DNA of 64,000 nt from Heteronotia binoei (lineage: Eukaryota). Positions 63,363 through 64,000 of the stretch are shown piece after piece. The translations under genes and the position numbers were made by a program. The notes beneath the pieces are model-generated. The model was given only the letters and a program-made list of their open reading frames with translations. It was not told where the DNA came from and searched no databases. Within the stretch, counting starts at the first letter, position 1, and each line of letters begins with the position of its first letter. Where the stretch lies: the NCBI RefSeq assembly GCF_032191835.1, contig NC_083237.1, positions 8,494,001-8,558,000 on the forward strand, written 5' to 3'.

Positions 63363-64000
63363 CCCTATTATATTACTCCCCTATATATTACTGCACAGTA
63401 TTGCCAACTATCAATCCTTGGTTTACGTTGATCAAAAGCAGGGATGGCCATTTTTAGGCCTGTTTTGACCTACCAAGGAGGACTCATCTGAGCCATGCCT
63501 AACAGCAATAACTTGAACCATGTGTACAAAATAAATTAAAAAGGGGCTATTGCCCCATGGCGCAGAGTGGTAAAGCTGCAGTACTGCAGTTGGAGCCCTC
63601 TGCTCACGACCTGAGTTCGATCCCAGTGAAAGCTGGTTCAGGTAGCGGCTTGAGGTTGACTCAGCCTTCCATCCTTCCGAGGTTGGTAAAATGAGTACCT
63701 AGCTTGCTGGGGGGAAAGTGTAGATGACTGGGGAAGGCAATGGCAAACCACCCTGTAAAAAGTCTGCTGTGGCAATGTCACCCCAGAGTTGAAAACAACT
63801 GGTGCTTGCACAGGGGACTACCTTTACCTTTTATTGCCTACCATGTGACGTGCATGACTTACCTAGTCCTGGCTGATAATTACCATTCAGTGACATTCAC
63901 ACCATGAAAGTCAATGTGGTTATATTTTCAGAGCAGTCTGAAAGACCCAGGTTTGAAGCTTGGATCTTTCATGAAAGCTTGCTAGGTGACCCTAAGCCGG

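Overview
Lizard genomic DNA, gecko-type by its SINE content, carrying a tandem cluster of vomeronasal type-2 receptor (V2R, class C GPCR) genes, all on the minus strand. I built the exon models by hand from GT-AG sites, with phases checked. Gene A has exons 1-5 (7202-892) and exon 6 lies off the left edge. Gene B has 6 exons (20762-11391, about 892 aa) with an N-gap in intron 5. Gene C has 6 exons (38669-29485, 874 aa). Gene D has 6 exons (53369-43074, 875 aa) with an N-gap in intron 1. Gene E is exon 6 only (62598-61688). A and B sit in a tandem segmental duplication that left an orphan, internally deleted exon-6 relic at 8754-8983. Intergenic and intronic DNA is packed with mobile elements: a young L2 with an uninterrupted 971-codon ORF2, a 5'-truncated L1 with an 18-bp TSD, a full-length decayed CR1, probable solo LTRs, several SINE families, hAT-type and Harbinger-type MITEs, and Penelope-like relics with hammerhead-ribozyme-like cores. 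I see no evidence of a wholly new gene system. The most interesting signals are the V2R duplication and conversion history, unusual features of the A/B receptor pair, and retro- and DNA-transposon mechanics that can be read directly from the sequence.
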